Assembly (NCBI GenBank): GCA_033442325.1
Contig: JAWQFM010000030.1
Location: forward strand, 442,561-506,560
Length of the DNA stretch: 64,000 nt
Direction of reading: 5' to 3'
From: Salpingoeca rosetta
Lineage: Eukaryota > Protista > Choanoflagellata
Shown: positions 29,255-46,900 of the stretch, in pieces
How the letters are laid out: each line of letters opens with the position of its first letter
Numbering within the stretch: position 1 is the first letter of the stretch
Notes under the pieces: model-generated
Databases searched by the model: none
Told to the model about the DNA's origin: nothing
What the model saw: only the letters and a program-made list of their open reading frames with translations
Position numbers and translations under genes: made by a program

Positions 29255-30664
29255 TGTGTGTGCGTGTGTGTGCAAGTGTACCGATGCAATTGATTGCGGA
29301 CACGCCGTCCACATCTCCGCCCTCCGGTCGCGAGCACGTGAACGTCTGCAAGGAACAACACGAAAAAAGCGGACACGTCAGAGCAGAAAAGAATGAGAGG
29401 AAACAGCAACAACATAATGTTCACGTGCAATGCAATTTGATTGCATGTGCGGCGAGGTGATGTGTGAGGGAGAGGGAGGGGGGGTTGTGAGGGTTGGGTC
29501 GGTCGAGAAAAAGAGAGAAGAAAACAAAAAAAAAAGAGCCAGACACAACCACAACGAAGAAGCACAACACAACACGCCGTTCATGTAGCAAACAAACAAC
29601 CGCCACAAAGCACTGGCAATACAGCAACCGAGTCAAGACAGTCGGCGCCACCTTGCTCTCGCGCGCATCGCCGTCATCCAAATCCTCCGCGCGCGCGCGC
29701 ACACGCACACGAGATGGAGCAAAGCCTGCAGGCACACAAGGTGGTGATTGACACAACGGCAATCATGGGGATGGGGATGGTGATGAGGTGGAAGTGATGG
29801 CGGTGAGGGCGGCAGCATGCGAGCACCTGATGACCGACAGTGTCGCTTGCGGGCACTCACTCACAACGGGGGCAAGCGACACCATAAAGTCAAGATCAAC
29901 GGCATACACATACGCACACACAACCACACAACCACAACCGCACCGCACACGCTAACAAAAAAAAAAAGTACACAAACAAAACACAAACAAGCAGAACAAC
30001 AAACAAACACACAATAAACAAAACACGCACCGCTGCCTGGCACCGCGGACATTCGAACAGCGATGGGCGTTCCAACATCCCGTGCAACAATCTCAAACGT
30101 GTCTGCAGCAGGATGGAAGCATTGAAGCACACGCGTGCGTGTGTTTGTGTGTGTGCAAGGATTTGACAGACAGGATGAGGAAAGGTGTGAGGTGTTATCA
30201 AGGAGCGGCGTGGTTGGCCTTGGTGCACAGCGAAAAAAAATGTCTCTGCTGCTTGCAAGCACTTGTGTGCTGTGTGCTCACGTGCTTCCTCAGCGGAAAT
30301 GTCGAGTGCGACGGAATCCCCGCTGCCAGTTGTCGCCTCGTTCACCTGAAGTCCATAAACAGGCGGTGTGTGTGTATGTGTGTGCATGTGTGTGTGTGTG
30401 TGTGTGTGCGTGTGTGTATGTATGTGTGTGTATGAATGTGTGTCACATGTCAGTTGCGGAGTGTGAAAGATGACGGGACAGGTGTGCATTCACGAAAGGG
30501 CAAGCACTGGCGCTTGTGCTTGTGTCGCCATGTTGACACGTTCACGTGCTTGGGCTTGACATATCCACACGTGTGTACGCACAATCGTTGCGGGCGATGT
30601 CCACACGCGCAACTCCGAATCGTAACCCGTCAGCGTCAGCGAAACACTCGAATCTGTGCATGTT

Positions 30665-30697
<33 letters not shown>

Positions 30698-31585
30698 CGG
30701 TGTGTGTGTGTGTGTTGCGTACATGAGAACACAGGCGGAAGGGGGAAAGAGTTGTACGAAGGGACATTTAAATTTCGTTATTCACATCTTCACCACCACA
30801 CGTCGCGGCTGCTACCTGTGGTGGATGAGACGTCGGATGGGTAGAGTGTGATCCAGTAGCGGATAAGACGCGGCACAATGTTCACCGCCACGCTGCAAAC
30901 GTCAAGAACATGTACGTGTGAACGTGCGAAGGAAGGGTAACGCAGAGGTGGGACGTAGACACGTCAAGCAAAGCATGTATGTGCTTTTGTAATCATACAC
31001 ATACACACTCTCACACACAGACAGACACAGACACACACTCACATACACTCTCACATACACACACACACAACACGGAGACACGAGTGCTGACCTCATGTGA
31101 GCCGATGAGCAGTGGGTAATCTCCGCCGAGATGAAGTAGTGTCGACCGACGTCAAGGCCAGTCACGTTGACCACGTTGCTCGTTGTCGATTCAGACACAA
31201 TCTCAAGCGGGTTCTGAACCAAGACATGAAACCATGGATGACAAGGACATGTGAACACACGTACACAAGCAATGACTGCGGACAAAAGCAAACACACACA
31301 CACACACACACCCACACACACACACATACACGAACACACGAGCATATCACGGACATACTCATCACCATACAACATCCCATCTCACGTTGAAGTTGCACGC
31401 TTCATAGTTTTCTTGCGTCACGCGGCGAACGCTGCTGGAGATTGAGCCGCTCCAGCGAAACCTGTACAGGTTCACCGAATTGCATGCAATGATTGAGGTG
31501 GGTGGATGTGCGGGTGAGTGCATCTTGCTTGTTTGTCCGTCAGACATTCCTTGCATGTGCGCATGTCTGTTGGTGCAACAGCGTA

Positions 31586-31638
<53 letters not shown>

Positions 31639-31867
31639 GCGTGTGTGTGCGTGCGTGCATGTGTGCATGCGTGCGTGTGCGTGTGCAACGCACTGGATAA
31701 TGTCGTCCTGGTTTGCCTCGACATCCGGCTTGGGCACGTTGTACTCCCAGTCAACCACAACAACTGCACAGATCATTGTCCGTGGATAGCGGTGTCAAGT
31801 CACTCTCGTGGTGAGGGCACAAGCACGGCTCATCAGACGCACTTGCACGCACACACGTACACACACA

Positions 31868-31944
<77 letters not shown>

Positions 31945-33406
31945 CCACAGACACACACACGCGCGCGCGCACATCCGTCTAACCCTTGGCGAGGTCTGAC
32001 TCAATGGCTGGAATCGGCGTCGTGGTCATCACAGTTGGTGGCACCGTCTCGCCTGCAGCAAGGTGTGAACATCACACATTCAGCAAGCATCGTGGACCGT
32101 GAGTGAAGAAGCATCTTGCTCGCGTTGCTCGCTTTGCTTGCATTGCTCGCATTGCTTGCATTGTTTGTTTTTGCTTGCATGGTCATGTGAAGAAGGGGCA
32201 TGGCGCATTGCACCTCAAACTGTTGCTTGCAAGCGTGTGAAGCAAGTTGCTCAACCACCATCACCACTAATATGCTCACCTTGCTCAAGCACCGTGACGC
32301 GAACCTTCATGCCTGTCTCACAGTTGGAACTACAGAACCCACAAAACGAGCGAGAGAGTGAGCACGCGTGAGGACGTTACCAGCAGAAACCAATTCACAA
32401 GTATCACACCAAGCCATCCGTCACAAGCCAGTCGAAAGCAGCATGTGAGGGTGATTGGCACGGTTGCCATGGAGTGACATACCCAACGCCTCCAACGAAA
32501 AAGTATGTCCCGGGATCAAGTGTCGCATTGTAGTCGCCCCTGGCACGCACAACAATTGCAATTGACAAAGTGTGTGAGCCAAAGAGAATGAAGCAACAGA
32601 AACGTCAGCGGAAGGCCACCACATGTCCAGCAACGCACGAGTAAGCTCTGGAACACATTTGGTTACACACTCTCCCACATACACTCACTCAAACTCTAAC
32701 ATACTCTCTCACATACACTCACGTACACGCTCACGCTCACGTACGAACCGCGTGCTGCGAGCAACGAGCTCTGTGCCCACGAGGTTGCAGTTGTCAAAGT
32801 CGTTCTGGTTTGTCACCTGGAACAGTCCATGTGCAAATCCTGCCAGCAGCGAAAAGAACACGCGTTTGTGTGTGTGTGTGTGTGTGTGTTTGCGTGTGTG
32901 TGTGTGTGTGTTGTTGTTGTGTGTGTGTGTGTGTGTTGTTGTGTGTGTGTGAGTGTGTGTTGTGTGTGTGAGTGTGTGTTGTGTGTGTGCGTGTGTGTTG
33001 TGTGTGTGTATGTGCGTGTAAGGGTCGTGTGGAGCCGTGCAAATCACGTGCTCTCACAACCAGCCCAGACAAAAACGCCAACCTCTTCCCCCCCCCAAAC
33101 CTAGAAAACCTCAAATCAAACATAACGGTCAGATCTCTATGTCCATATCCATGTCACGGACGACGGACGCACCATATGGCTCCCATCGGAATCGAACAAT
33201 GGTGCCTTGCTCCACAGTCAGGGGACCAAGTGCATCCTGCAGTGCTTGGCCAGACAAAAACTGGCCATCCTCGCGCTGAAACTGCCACAAGACCTGATTC
33301 AACAACGAAACCAACAAGAACATAAAGGGGGTTGTGTTGGCACACGAAGACATGGCCACGCAAGGCCAGCAGACGCTTGCTTGCTTGCTTATACGACACG
33401 ATGCAG

Positions 33407-33474
<68 letters not shown>

Positions 33475-33699
33475 GCACACGCACACACACGCACACACGC
33501 ACACACGCACACATGCACACACACACACATACACGCACACACATGCACACACACGCACATGCACACACACATACATACATGCACACGCATACCCACACAC
33601 ATATGCACGCACCGTTTCAACTTCCTCCTGTGCAGACGTGGTGCCTGCAAGCACGGCAGCCACCAGCACCACCAGCACGAGCAGCACGAACACACTCAT
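27358..33699 (-). CDS. Secreted multidomain protein (~20 exons): signal peptide, two phytocyanin/ephrin-like cupredoxin domains, PLAT/LH2-like domain, Cys-containing C-terminal beta-rich (Asp-box-like) module
   Basis: Signal peptide [23 protein letters not shown] (ATG 33699). Domain 1: [46 protein letters not shown]. Domain 2: [43 protein letters not shown]-like: [43 protein letters not shown]. Then SIDGGLTWQEV, ending [18 protein letters not shown] (stop 27358). Internal exon boundaries are approximate. Confidence 0.72.
28302..28400. repeat. (TGAG)n tetranucleotide microsatellite (intronic)
   Basis: Perfect tandem run. Confidence 0.95.
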
Positions 33700-34116
<417 letters not shown>

Positions 34117-36229
34117 ATGTCGGAAGAAGCGGGCGCAGGCCTGCAGGCGTTTGTGGAGCATGTGGAGGCGCTGTCGAAGACGTCGAGCGACAGTGGCATC
34201 AACGGCTTCGCGTACGAGTTTGCGCTGTTGCGGGAGCAGTCGAACGTGATCCGCGCCTCTCTTCCACACGAGGCAGGCACGTCCCCCTTCAACGCCATGA
34301 AGAACCGCTACCGTGACATCATCCCCTTTGACCACTGCCGCGTCGTGCTGCCGGCAGACCCGAGTGACGAGGACCCCGGTGCGGACTACATCAACGCCAG
34401 CTACATCAAGGACGCCGACGGCAACATGAGCTACATTGCGGCGCAGGGCCCGCTCTCGCACACGGTGGACGACTTCTGGCGCATGGTCTGGTCCGAGAAC
34501 GCGCAGATTGTGTGCATGGCGTGCAACATCATCGAGGCGAACCGGTACAAGTGCAGCAAGTACTGGCCAGACGTGGGCGAGGAGGACGACTTTGGGGCGT
34601 TCACCATCAGCACGCTCGAGGAGAAGTTTCTCACACCCGACTTCTCCCGCCGTATCGTCCGCGTCAAGCACAAGGGACAGACGCGCGAGATCATCAACTA
34701 CCACTTCCTCACGTGGCCCGACCACGGTGTGCCGGAGACCCCAGCGTCCGTCATGCACTTTGTGCAGGAGGTTCGGCGTGCCCATCTTGGTGAGAGCGGT
34801 GATCCAACGGGGAAGCCGCCACTCATCGTCCACTGCTCCGCCGGCTGCGGCCGAACAGGTTGGTCGGAGAAGGGAAAGATGGTGAGGGGCGGGGAGCTGA
34901 AAAGGTGCTGCCGTGATGCGTTGCGTGCGTATGTATGTATGTTTGTTTGTTTGTTTGTTTGTTTGTTTGTTTGTTTGTTTGTTTGTTTGTTTGTTTGTTT
35001 GTTTGTTTGTTTGTTTGTTTGTTTGTTTGTTTGTTTGTTTGTTTGTTTGTTTGTTTGTTTGTTTGTTTGTTTGGTTGTTTGGTTGTGTTTGTGTTTGTGT
35101 TTGTGTTTGTTTGCGTTCGTACCGTACCTCAATGCTTTGCATCAAAGTTGCCACCTTCCATCACTCATCTTCTCTTCCTGAACGTCTTGCTGCGAACCTT
35201 CGTCACCACACACACACCACCGCCACAACCACACTGCACTGCCACCATATTGCGCCGCAACCACCTCGCACCGCCACCACAACCCTTTGCGACGCCCAGG
35301 CACCATCATCGCCATTGACATTGCACTGCGCATCCTGAACAAGCAGGGCGTGTTCTCCAAGATTGACATCTTCAACACCGTCCTCAAGCTCCGTGAACAG
35401 CGCATTGCGATGGTGCAGACATGGCAACAGCTTGTGTTCGTGTACAAGGCGCTTCTGCAGGTGGTCAAGTACACGCTGGCCACGCTCGAGCCGCCAAAGC
35501 CAGACCTCCCTCCCCGCGACCCTGCACAGCAAGGTGTGTGTGTGTTGCGTGTGTGTGTGTGTGTGTGTGTGTGCGTGTGTGTGCGTGTGTGTGTGTGTGT
35601 GCATAGAAGTTTAGTTCGCTCGCTATGTATGAGTTAATGCTGGCTTTCCTTCTCAATTCTGCTCACTCCTTCTCACTCCCCCCCCTCTCCACATCCCACA
35701 TCTCCTCATCTCTCCCGTGCGCTTAGCCCCACCGGTGCTCGTCGACGACCACGTGTACGTGAACGTCAACCTGATGCGCGCGCAGTCCAAGAGCATCAGC
35801 GAGCAGCGCAAGCGCGCCCTGACCGTGATTGGCAAGCGAGCAGACGAAGTGTCGTCGTCGTCGTCCGCCAACACGCTCGCCAGCGCTGCGCGGAGGGGCA
35901 GATCACGACGTGTCAAGAAGAGCGCATACAAACATCGCGCTGGTGGTGTTGGCGGTGGTGGTGACCAGCAGCAGGATGGTGGTGGTGGTGGTGGTGGTGG
36001 TGATGATGATGCCATTGATGAGGAAGATGAAGAGGAGGAAGAGGAGGAAGAAGACATTGATGAGGATGGTCTGGTGGACGGTGAGGAGAGCAGCAGCAGC
36101 CGCGGCAACAGCAAGGACCGGGACGAGCATGTGTCACGCGATGGGCCATTGGGGTTCCCCAATCGCATCCGAAAACCGCGCGGCCCGCGGCCGGAGCCAA
36201 AGGCCTGGACGTGGAGTGCACGGGCGTGA
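34117..36229 (+). CDS. PTPN12: Non-receptor protein tyrosine phosphatase, PEST subfamily (PTPN12/18/22-like)
   Basis: Exons 34117-34858, 35300-35533 and 35727-36229. Motifs KNRYRDIIPFD, DYINAS, YIAAQGP, KCSKYWP, WPDHGVP, VHCSAGCGRTG, Q-loop QRIAMVQTWQQ. The C-terminal GFPNRIRKPRGPRPEPKAWTW matches the CTH motif. Confidence 0.93.
34940..35075. repeat. (GTTT)n microsatellite in PTP intron 1
   Basis: Perfect tandem run; it produces the spurious CLFV/NKQT ORF translations. Confidence 0.95.
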
Positions 36230-36718
36230 CACGCCACGGCGTTATAAAGTGTCGTGTTGTGTGTGTGTGTGTGTGTGTGTGTGTTTGTGAGTGATTGTTG
36301 TGTGTGTGATTGTTGTGATGTGTGTGTGTGTGTGTGATTGTTGTGATGTGTGTGTGTGTGTGTGCATCTTTGTGGACGTGTCAATGTGCCTTTTTTTGCT
36401 GACTCGTGTGATTTCTCCTTCCGCTGCACCTGAGCAGTGAGTGGTCTTTGGTGTGCTGTGTGTATGATGGTTTCATTGCTTTGTTTCTTTGTCTTTTTTT
36501 CTCTCTATTTGTCCAAAAGTGAAATGAATACAGACAACAAACAGAGCAACGAGTGTGCGTGTTTGTGCTGTGTGAACAGGGGGCACTGGCAATGTACGTC
36601 TGATGACAGCACAAGGATGACACAACGTAACGAAACATCTGGGCGTCTGTGTGTGTGCGTGTGCGTGTGTGTGTGTGTGTGCGCGTGTGTGTATGTGTGT
36701 GTGTTTGTGTGTCGCTGA

Positions 36719-41225
<4,507 letters not shown>

Positions 41226-41438
41226 CTGAACACACACACACGCATGCACATGCACATGCACATGTACATGCAGTGATGTCAGTGTTTGCGCGTGCGTTCC
41301 AGTGTGTGTGCATGTGTGTATGTGTGTATGTGTGTTCCAGTGTCTGTGTGTGTGTGTGTGTTGTTGGTCGTAACGCGTCATGAACATTCACTGCAATGCT
41401 CAACCACACACACACACACACACACAACACACACACAC

Positions 41439-41533
<95 letters not shown>

Positions 41534-41792
41534 CCCTCTCCGCTCTTGTGTGCTATTGTGTGCAAAAAAAATGCCCAAAATTGCAGTTGTTCTTCGGAAA
41601 AGCTTTTAGAAAGTTTTTTTAAAGTTTCTTCGCCACGCGGGGCGGAGAAAATCGCCCTCCTTTTGACCTAATGGACAGGAGAGCATACATATATTGCAAG
41701 GTATTGTAAAGGGGTGGTACGAGACAAAGAAACTTGAAATCAACCCTGGATGGCTTTCTGGTCCTCGTGTGTGTACTGTGTGCCTGTGCCGA

Positions 41793-41892
41793 NNNNNNNN
41801 NNNNNNNNNNNNNNNNNNNNNNNNNNNNNNNNNNNNNNNNNNNNNNNNNNNNNNNNNNNNNNNNNNNNNNNNNNNNNNNNNNNNNNNNNNNN
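41793..41892. other. Assembly gap (100 N)
   Basis: Run of N. Confidence 1.
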
Positions 41893-42298
41893 GCACAAAA
41901 ACACACTCACACGAAACCAAACAAGCAAACAAACACTAACACACACATACACACAACTCACCACCTTCGTCTCCGCCATCTTCAAACTTGAGACGCTTCC
42001 CGTCCGCCATCAAGCCGCTGAGTGTGGCGAGGATCGGCCCAGTATACTCTGCCCCAAGCTCTTGCTCAATCAGGTCAGGCACGCGCTGTGTGGCCACCTC
42101 CCACATCAGCACGCCAAAGCTGAACACGTCTGCTTCAAAGCTGTACTTGTCGCCTGTCAGTGCCTCTGGTGCCATGTACAGCGGCGTGCCCACACCAGCT
42201 GTTAGCGACACACTCGTCATCGTTTGCAGTCCAGTGCGCGGGCTGTACTGGGGATCGTCATGGCGACTGGAAGTGGAGAGAGGCGCGGTGCCCTGTTG
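41893..42298 (+). repeat. Near-identical direct copy of ~43253-43658 (kinase exon + intron); probable assembly artefact
   Basis: The sequence matches base for base except for small indels at its right end, and it abuts the N gap. Confidence 0.85.
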
Positions 42299-42314
42299 AC
42301 CGCCCATTTCGCAT

Positions 42315-42859
42315 TAGTTTATTTTGAGCGACTGGTTATGAATGGTGAAAGCGAAGTGAGTGAATGGTGAGAGAGATAATAACCCATTTCTGGACATTGT
42401 ACAATTAAAAGTGGTGGGACGTCCTCAAGGACACTTGCACTTTTTTGCAAGTGCGCGCAGACACAAGAGCAACAGCACATTCCAACAACCACAAGCGTGC
42501 GCGACACGTGTGTGTGTGTGTGTGTGAAGGTGAGAAGTGGCTCTTTATGTACACTGCTGGTTGTGCAACTCACCAGAGTCTTGGTGGAAGTTTTCATCCG
42601 TGCACTGGTAGTTTTGGGAGCACCCGCGAGGCATTTCCTTGAGATCTGCGTGCATGCAAGCAATGCGAGCAGGCAAGTAGGCATAAACATGGCGGTGATG
42701 CGAAAGCAGAAGGGTCAGCGACAGTGAAGTGGGGTGAGGTGTGTATTGAGGGAGTAAGCGAAGCTCGCAGCATCAAGCAGGACTGGAATGACGAAACAAG
42801 CTGCCAGCGTGCACACGTACACACATCGCTGAACACGCGGCAACGACTGCCCCATCTTC

Positions 42860-42903
<44 letters not shown>
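42315..42903 (+). repeat. Near-identical direct copy of ~17580-18165 (paralog B intron and zinc-finger exon); probable chimeric join at a (CA)n tract
   Basis: Identical at an offset of 24740, with scattered indels only in the first ~100 bp; it ends in a CA repeat. Confidence 0.85.
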
Positions 42904-42912
<9 letters not shown>

Positions 42913-42952
42913 AAACGCACAAACACACAAACACACAAACGCACACAAGCGT

Positions 42953-43875
42953 TCAGAGTTGCAGCTTCTGCTCCAGGTCGCTGAAGGATGGCCGCTGGGC
43001 CGGTTGTTGGGTCATGCACTTGTATGCCAATGCCTTGAACCACTCGGGAACGGCTGCTGCATGCATGCAACATGGGGTAACATGGTATGCACGTAGAAAG
43101 TGTGAGAAGGGAATCATGTCTGAATGAAACACAAAGACACACGAAGACATCGACGCAGAGACATCGACGCACACACACGCGCGCAACACACACACACAAA
43201 CACACAACACACAACACACAGCACAACTACAGCACATAGCACACAGCACACAGCACAAAAACACACTCACACGAAACCAAACAAGCAAACAAACACTAAC
43301 ACACACATACACACAACTCACCACCTTCGTCTCCGCCATCTTCAAACTTGAGACGCTTCCCGTCCGCCATCAAGCCGCTGAGTGTGGCGAGGATCGGCCC
43401 AGTATACTCTGCCCCAAGCTCTTGCTCAATCAGGTCAGGCACGCGCTGTGTGGCCACCTCCCACATCAGCACGCCAAAGCTGAACACGTCTGCTTCAAAG
43501 CTGTACTTGTCGCCTGTCAGTGCCTCTGGTGCCATGTACAGCGGCGTGCCCACACCAGCTGTTAGCGACACACTCGTCATCGTTTGCAGTCCAGTGCGCG
43601 GGCTGTACTGGGGATCGTCATGGCGACTGGAAGTGGAAGAGAGGCGCGTGCCCTGTTGCTGTTGTTGGTTCCTATCACGCGTCAAGCACTGGCGGATGGA
43701 TCCAAAATCCGTAATTTTGGCGCGAAGCGATGATGACACGAGTACGTTGCCGCTCTTCAGATCGCTGTTGGTGTTAATTTTGGAGGTGGGATGGTGGCGG
43801 GTGAGTAGAAGGAGAAGGCGGGCGGTTACAGACGCACATGCTGACAGACCACGCACACACACGCACACACACACG

Positions 43876-43953
<78 letters not shown>

Positions 43954-46900
43954 TTCCCACCGGTGCATCTGGCCGAGGCTGTGAATAAAGGCCATGCCGC
44001 TGGTGACATCACACAGTAGGTGCAACTTCAGGCCCCAAACATCCTTGTCCTCAGGTGACACGGCTGTACTCACGAGCGTCAGCTCCTCCGAGACATCAGA
44101 TGCAGTCACACTCTGATCTGCATCGTCTTGCTTGAAACCGTTCTCCTCCTTCACCAACACGTCCTCTAGATCCCTCCTCAGCAGGTCCTTGAGCGATCCC
44201 ATCGCCACAAACTCCAGCACCAGGAACGGGCTGCCGTGGGGGTCTGTACCCGCACCAAAGAACCGCACCACATGCGGGTGCCTTGTACGCTGCAAGAACT
44301 CCACCTCCTTCTCAAACTCAACCACCGTGCTCTCGTCAAACATCATCACCCCTTGCTGCAGCACCTTCACCGCCACCGAAACCGTGTCCCACTGTGCCTT
44401 GAACACCACACCACACGCGCCTGCAGCCACACGCTTGATCATTCTCAGCTCATCATACTCAATCTCCCACGCCTTCTTCAGCGCCATCACCTCCTCGTCT
44501 CGCTCCGCCAGCAATTGCTCCTTCAGCGCGTTGTCCGTCTGCAGGCGTCGCTGCCGCTTGTACGTCCAGTACACAGCAAACAAGAGGCCCTGGAACGCCA
44601 ACACGCCCGCCAGCGTGCCCAGCACCGCTGCTGTGATGTCGCGCGTCACGGGCTTGCAACGGCCGCCGCTGCGGGCATACCCGCGTGCACAGTCGCAGGC
44701 GTGGTAGTACGCCAATCGATATTCCTGCTGCAAGAGATTGGAGGTCAAACGCGTTTTCAAATGCGTGAGCTCGAGCTGGCATGAGATGGGGGTGCCCGTC
44801 AACTCCACAATCGGTATGTTGATCCTGCTGTCCAGCGACACAAACTGCCGCGTCAGCACTTCGTTGCTCGAGAGGACGGTAAAGTCGAGGGTGGCGTCCT
44901 TCACCAGCTCGGGCTTGTCGAGCCATGAGTTGTCGCTGAGATCAAGCAGCAGCACGTTGCTGAACACAAAGCACCGTTCCAACATCGAACGCACACGCTC
45001 GCGCGATTCCATGAGCGCGTCACTTTTCCAGTTCCTCGCCACCACCACCTCGCTGCCCCACTGGGAACACAGCGAGCGCACGGGGGGGGGGCACGCGCGT
45101 GCCGCTGATGTCGAGAATGTCCGCGGTTGGCAGCGCCAGCTCGTGCAGATTGGTACAGCCTGACACGTTGAACTGCGACACGGGCGATGCCACACGCAGG
45201 CTCTCCAGCTTCGGGTTGTTCTGCAGCAGCAGCACGTCAAACACGTGATCGGGGCACATGTTGAGATGCTTGTACCCAGTGTTGGTCAGCTGCAATGTGG
45301 TGTCAAGCGGTCGCAGAAAGCGGCAAATGTCCTCGGTTCGCACGGTCGTCTCGTCCATGCCCGGCCAGCCAGCGTACAGCGCCTTCACGTGCACGCGCGA
45401 ATTTTCGAAGAAGAGGGGCGCAACCTCACGCACGTCCACGTTGCGCACATCCAGCACGCGCAGCGGCGTTGCCAACTTGTTGCCGACAGTTGGCGCGACC
45501 TTGATCGTGGCTGGCGGCATGTCTGGGTGGGCGGCAACCTCCAGGCGCCACAGCTCCGTCAGGTCCACGACGGCATTGAGGTTGAGGTGTGACACACGGT
45601 GGTTGTTGAAGTAGAGCTCCCTCAGTGATGGGAACTGCAGCAGGTCGGGCAGTTCTCTGAGCCGGTTGTCGTTAAGGCGGATGGATTGAAGGCCGGGGAG
45701 GAGCGGGAACGGCGGCAGGGTGGTTAACCTGTTGCTGGCGAGGCTGATGTGCTTCAACAGCGGCAGCCGCTCAAAACTGCCGGCGGGAAGGGAGCGCAGC
45801 CTGTTGTTGCTGATGTCGATGATGCGGAGGCTGTCGTGGTCGCGTAGCACCTGGGCAGGGATGCTGGTGAGCATGTTCTGCTGTAGGCTCAGATGGTCGA
45901 GGCGCGGCAGCAGTGTTGGGAGTTCAGGGGAGATGCCGGTCAGCTCATTCTGCACAAGCCAGAGTCTCGTCAGGTTGGGGGCGCCGGCACCAAACCAGGC
46001 CGCGTCAAGGAAGGGGATGTTATTCTGCGACAGCTCAAGAAAGTCGAGGTAGTTGAGGCCTGCGAATGTGTTGGCGGGGATGGTGTGGACGCGGCCGCGC
46101 TCCATGTTGACAGTCTCAAGCAAGCGGTTGTTGGAGAAGAGGGTGGCGGGGAGAGCGGTGACTTGCAGGAAACGCATGCGGATGGAACGCAGCTGCCGTA
46201 AAGGCGCCAAGATGTGCGGGTGAAGTTCTTTGAGTGGCAGGCCCCCAATGTCCAGCTGCCGCAGGCGTGAGAGGCCCACGAACATGTCATCGGGCAGCTG
46301 TTCCACGTCATTGCCCTGCAGTCGCAGGAATTCAAGCGTGGTCAGGGCGCTGAATGACCTGGGTGCGATGGTGGTGATGCTGTTGAAAGCAAGATCGAGG
46401 GTGCGGATGCTGGGGAGATGCCCAAACAGGCTGCTGTCCACACGTGTCAGCTGGTTACTGTGAAACGAGAGAACCTCCAACGCCTGCAGGCCGGCGAAGG
46501 TGCCTTGGTCCACAATCTCAATGTGACTGTTGTTGAGGAAGAGGTGGGTCAGCTGGGCGGCGCGAGCCAAGGGCGGGTGCGTGTTGCCGTTGGGACCGCG
46601 TTGCGAGAGGTGGACGATCGTGCTGTTGGCGAAAGCGATGGTGGTCACATTGCTGAGTGGGTTGAAGATGCTGAGGTGCAGATGGTTGGTGACTACACCG
46701 CGAACGTTTATGGTGCTGACGCTCTCCCAGTTGGCGTTCTCCAATACCCAGGACAAGGTGCCCAAGGTGAAGTTGGCGCCGTGCACGGTGAAGGTGCGTG
46801 GTCGCACCGTGAGCGAGAGCTGCAAAAGTTCAGCAGCTGCGCTTGCCCGCGTGGCGTTTGTCATGTCCACAAACATGTTCACGTCGACGAGGAGCGAGAG

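Noticed and set aside
41936-42307. Apparent second kinase fragment or pseudogene
   Set aside because: Near-identical copy of 43253-43658 beside a gap; better explained as an assembly duplication.
42574-42645. Apparent third copy of the zinc-finger exon (DLKEMPRGC...)
   Set aside because: Identical to 17834-17905 including flanking introns, with no other exons of the gene nearby.
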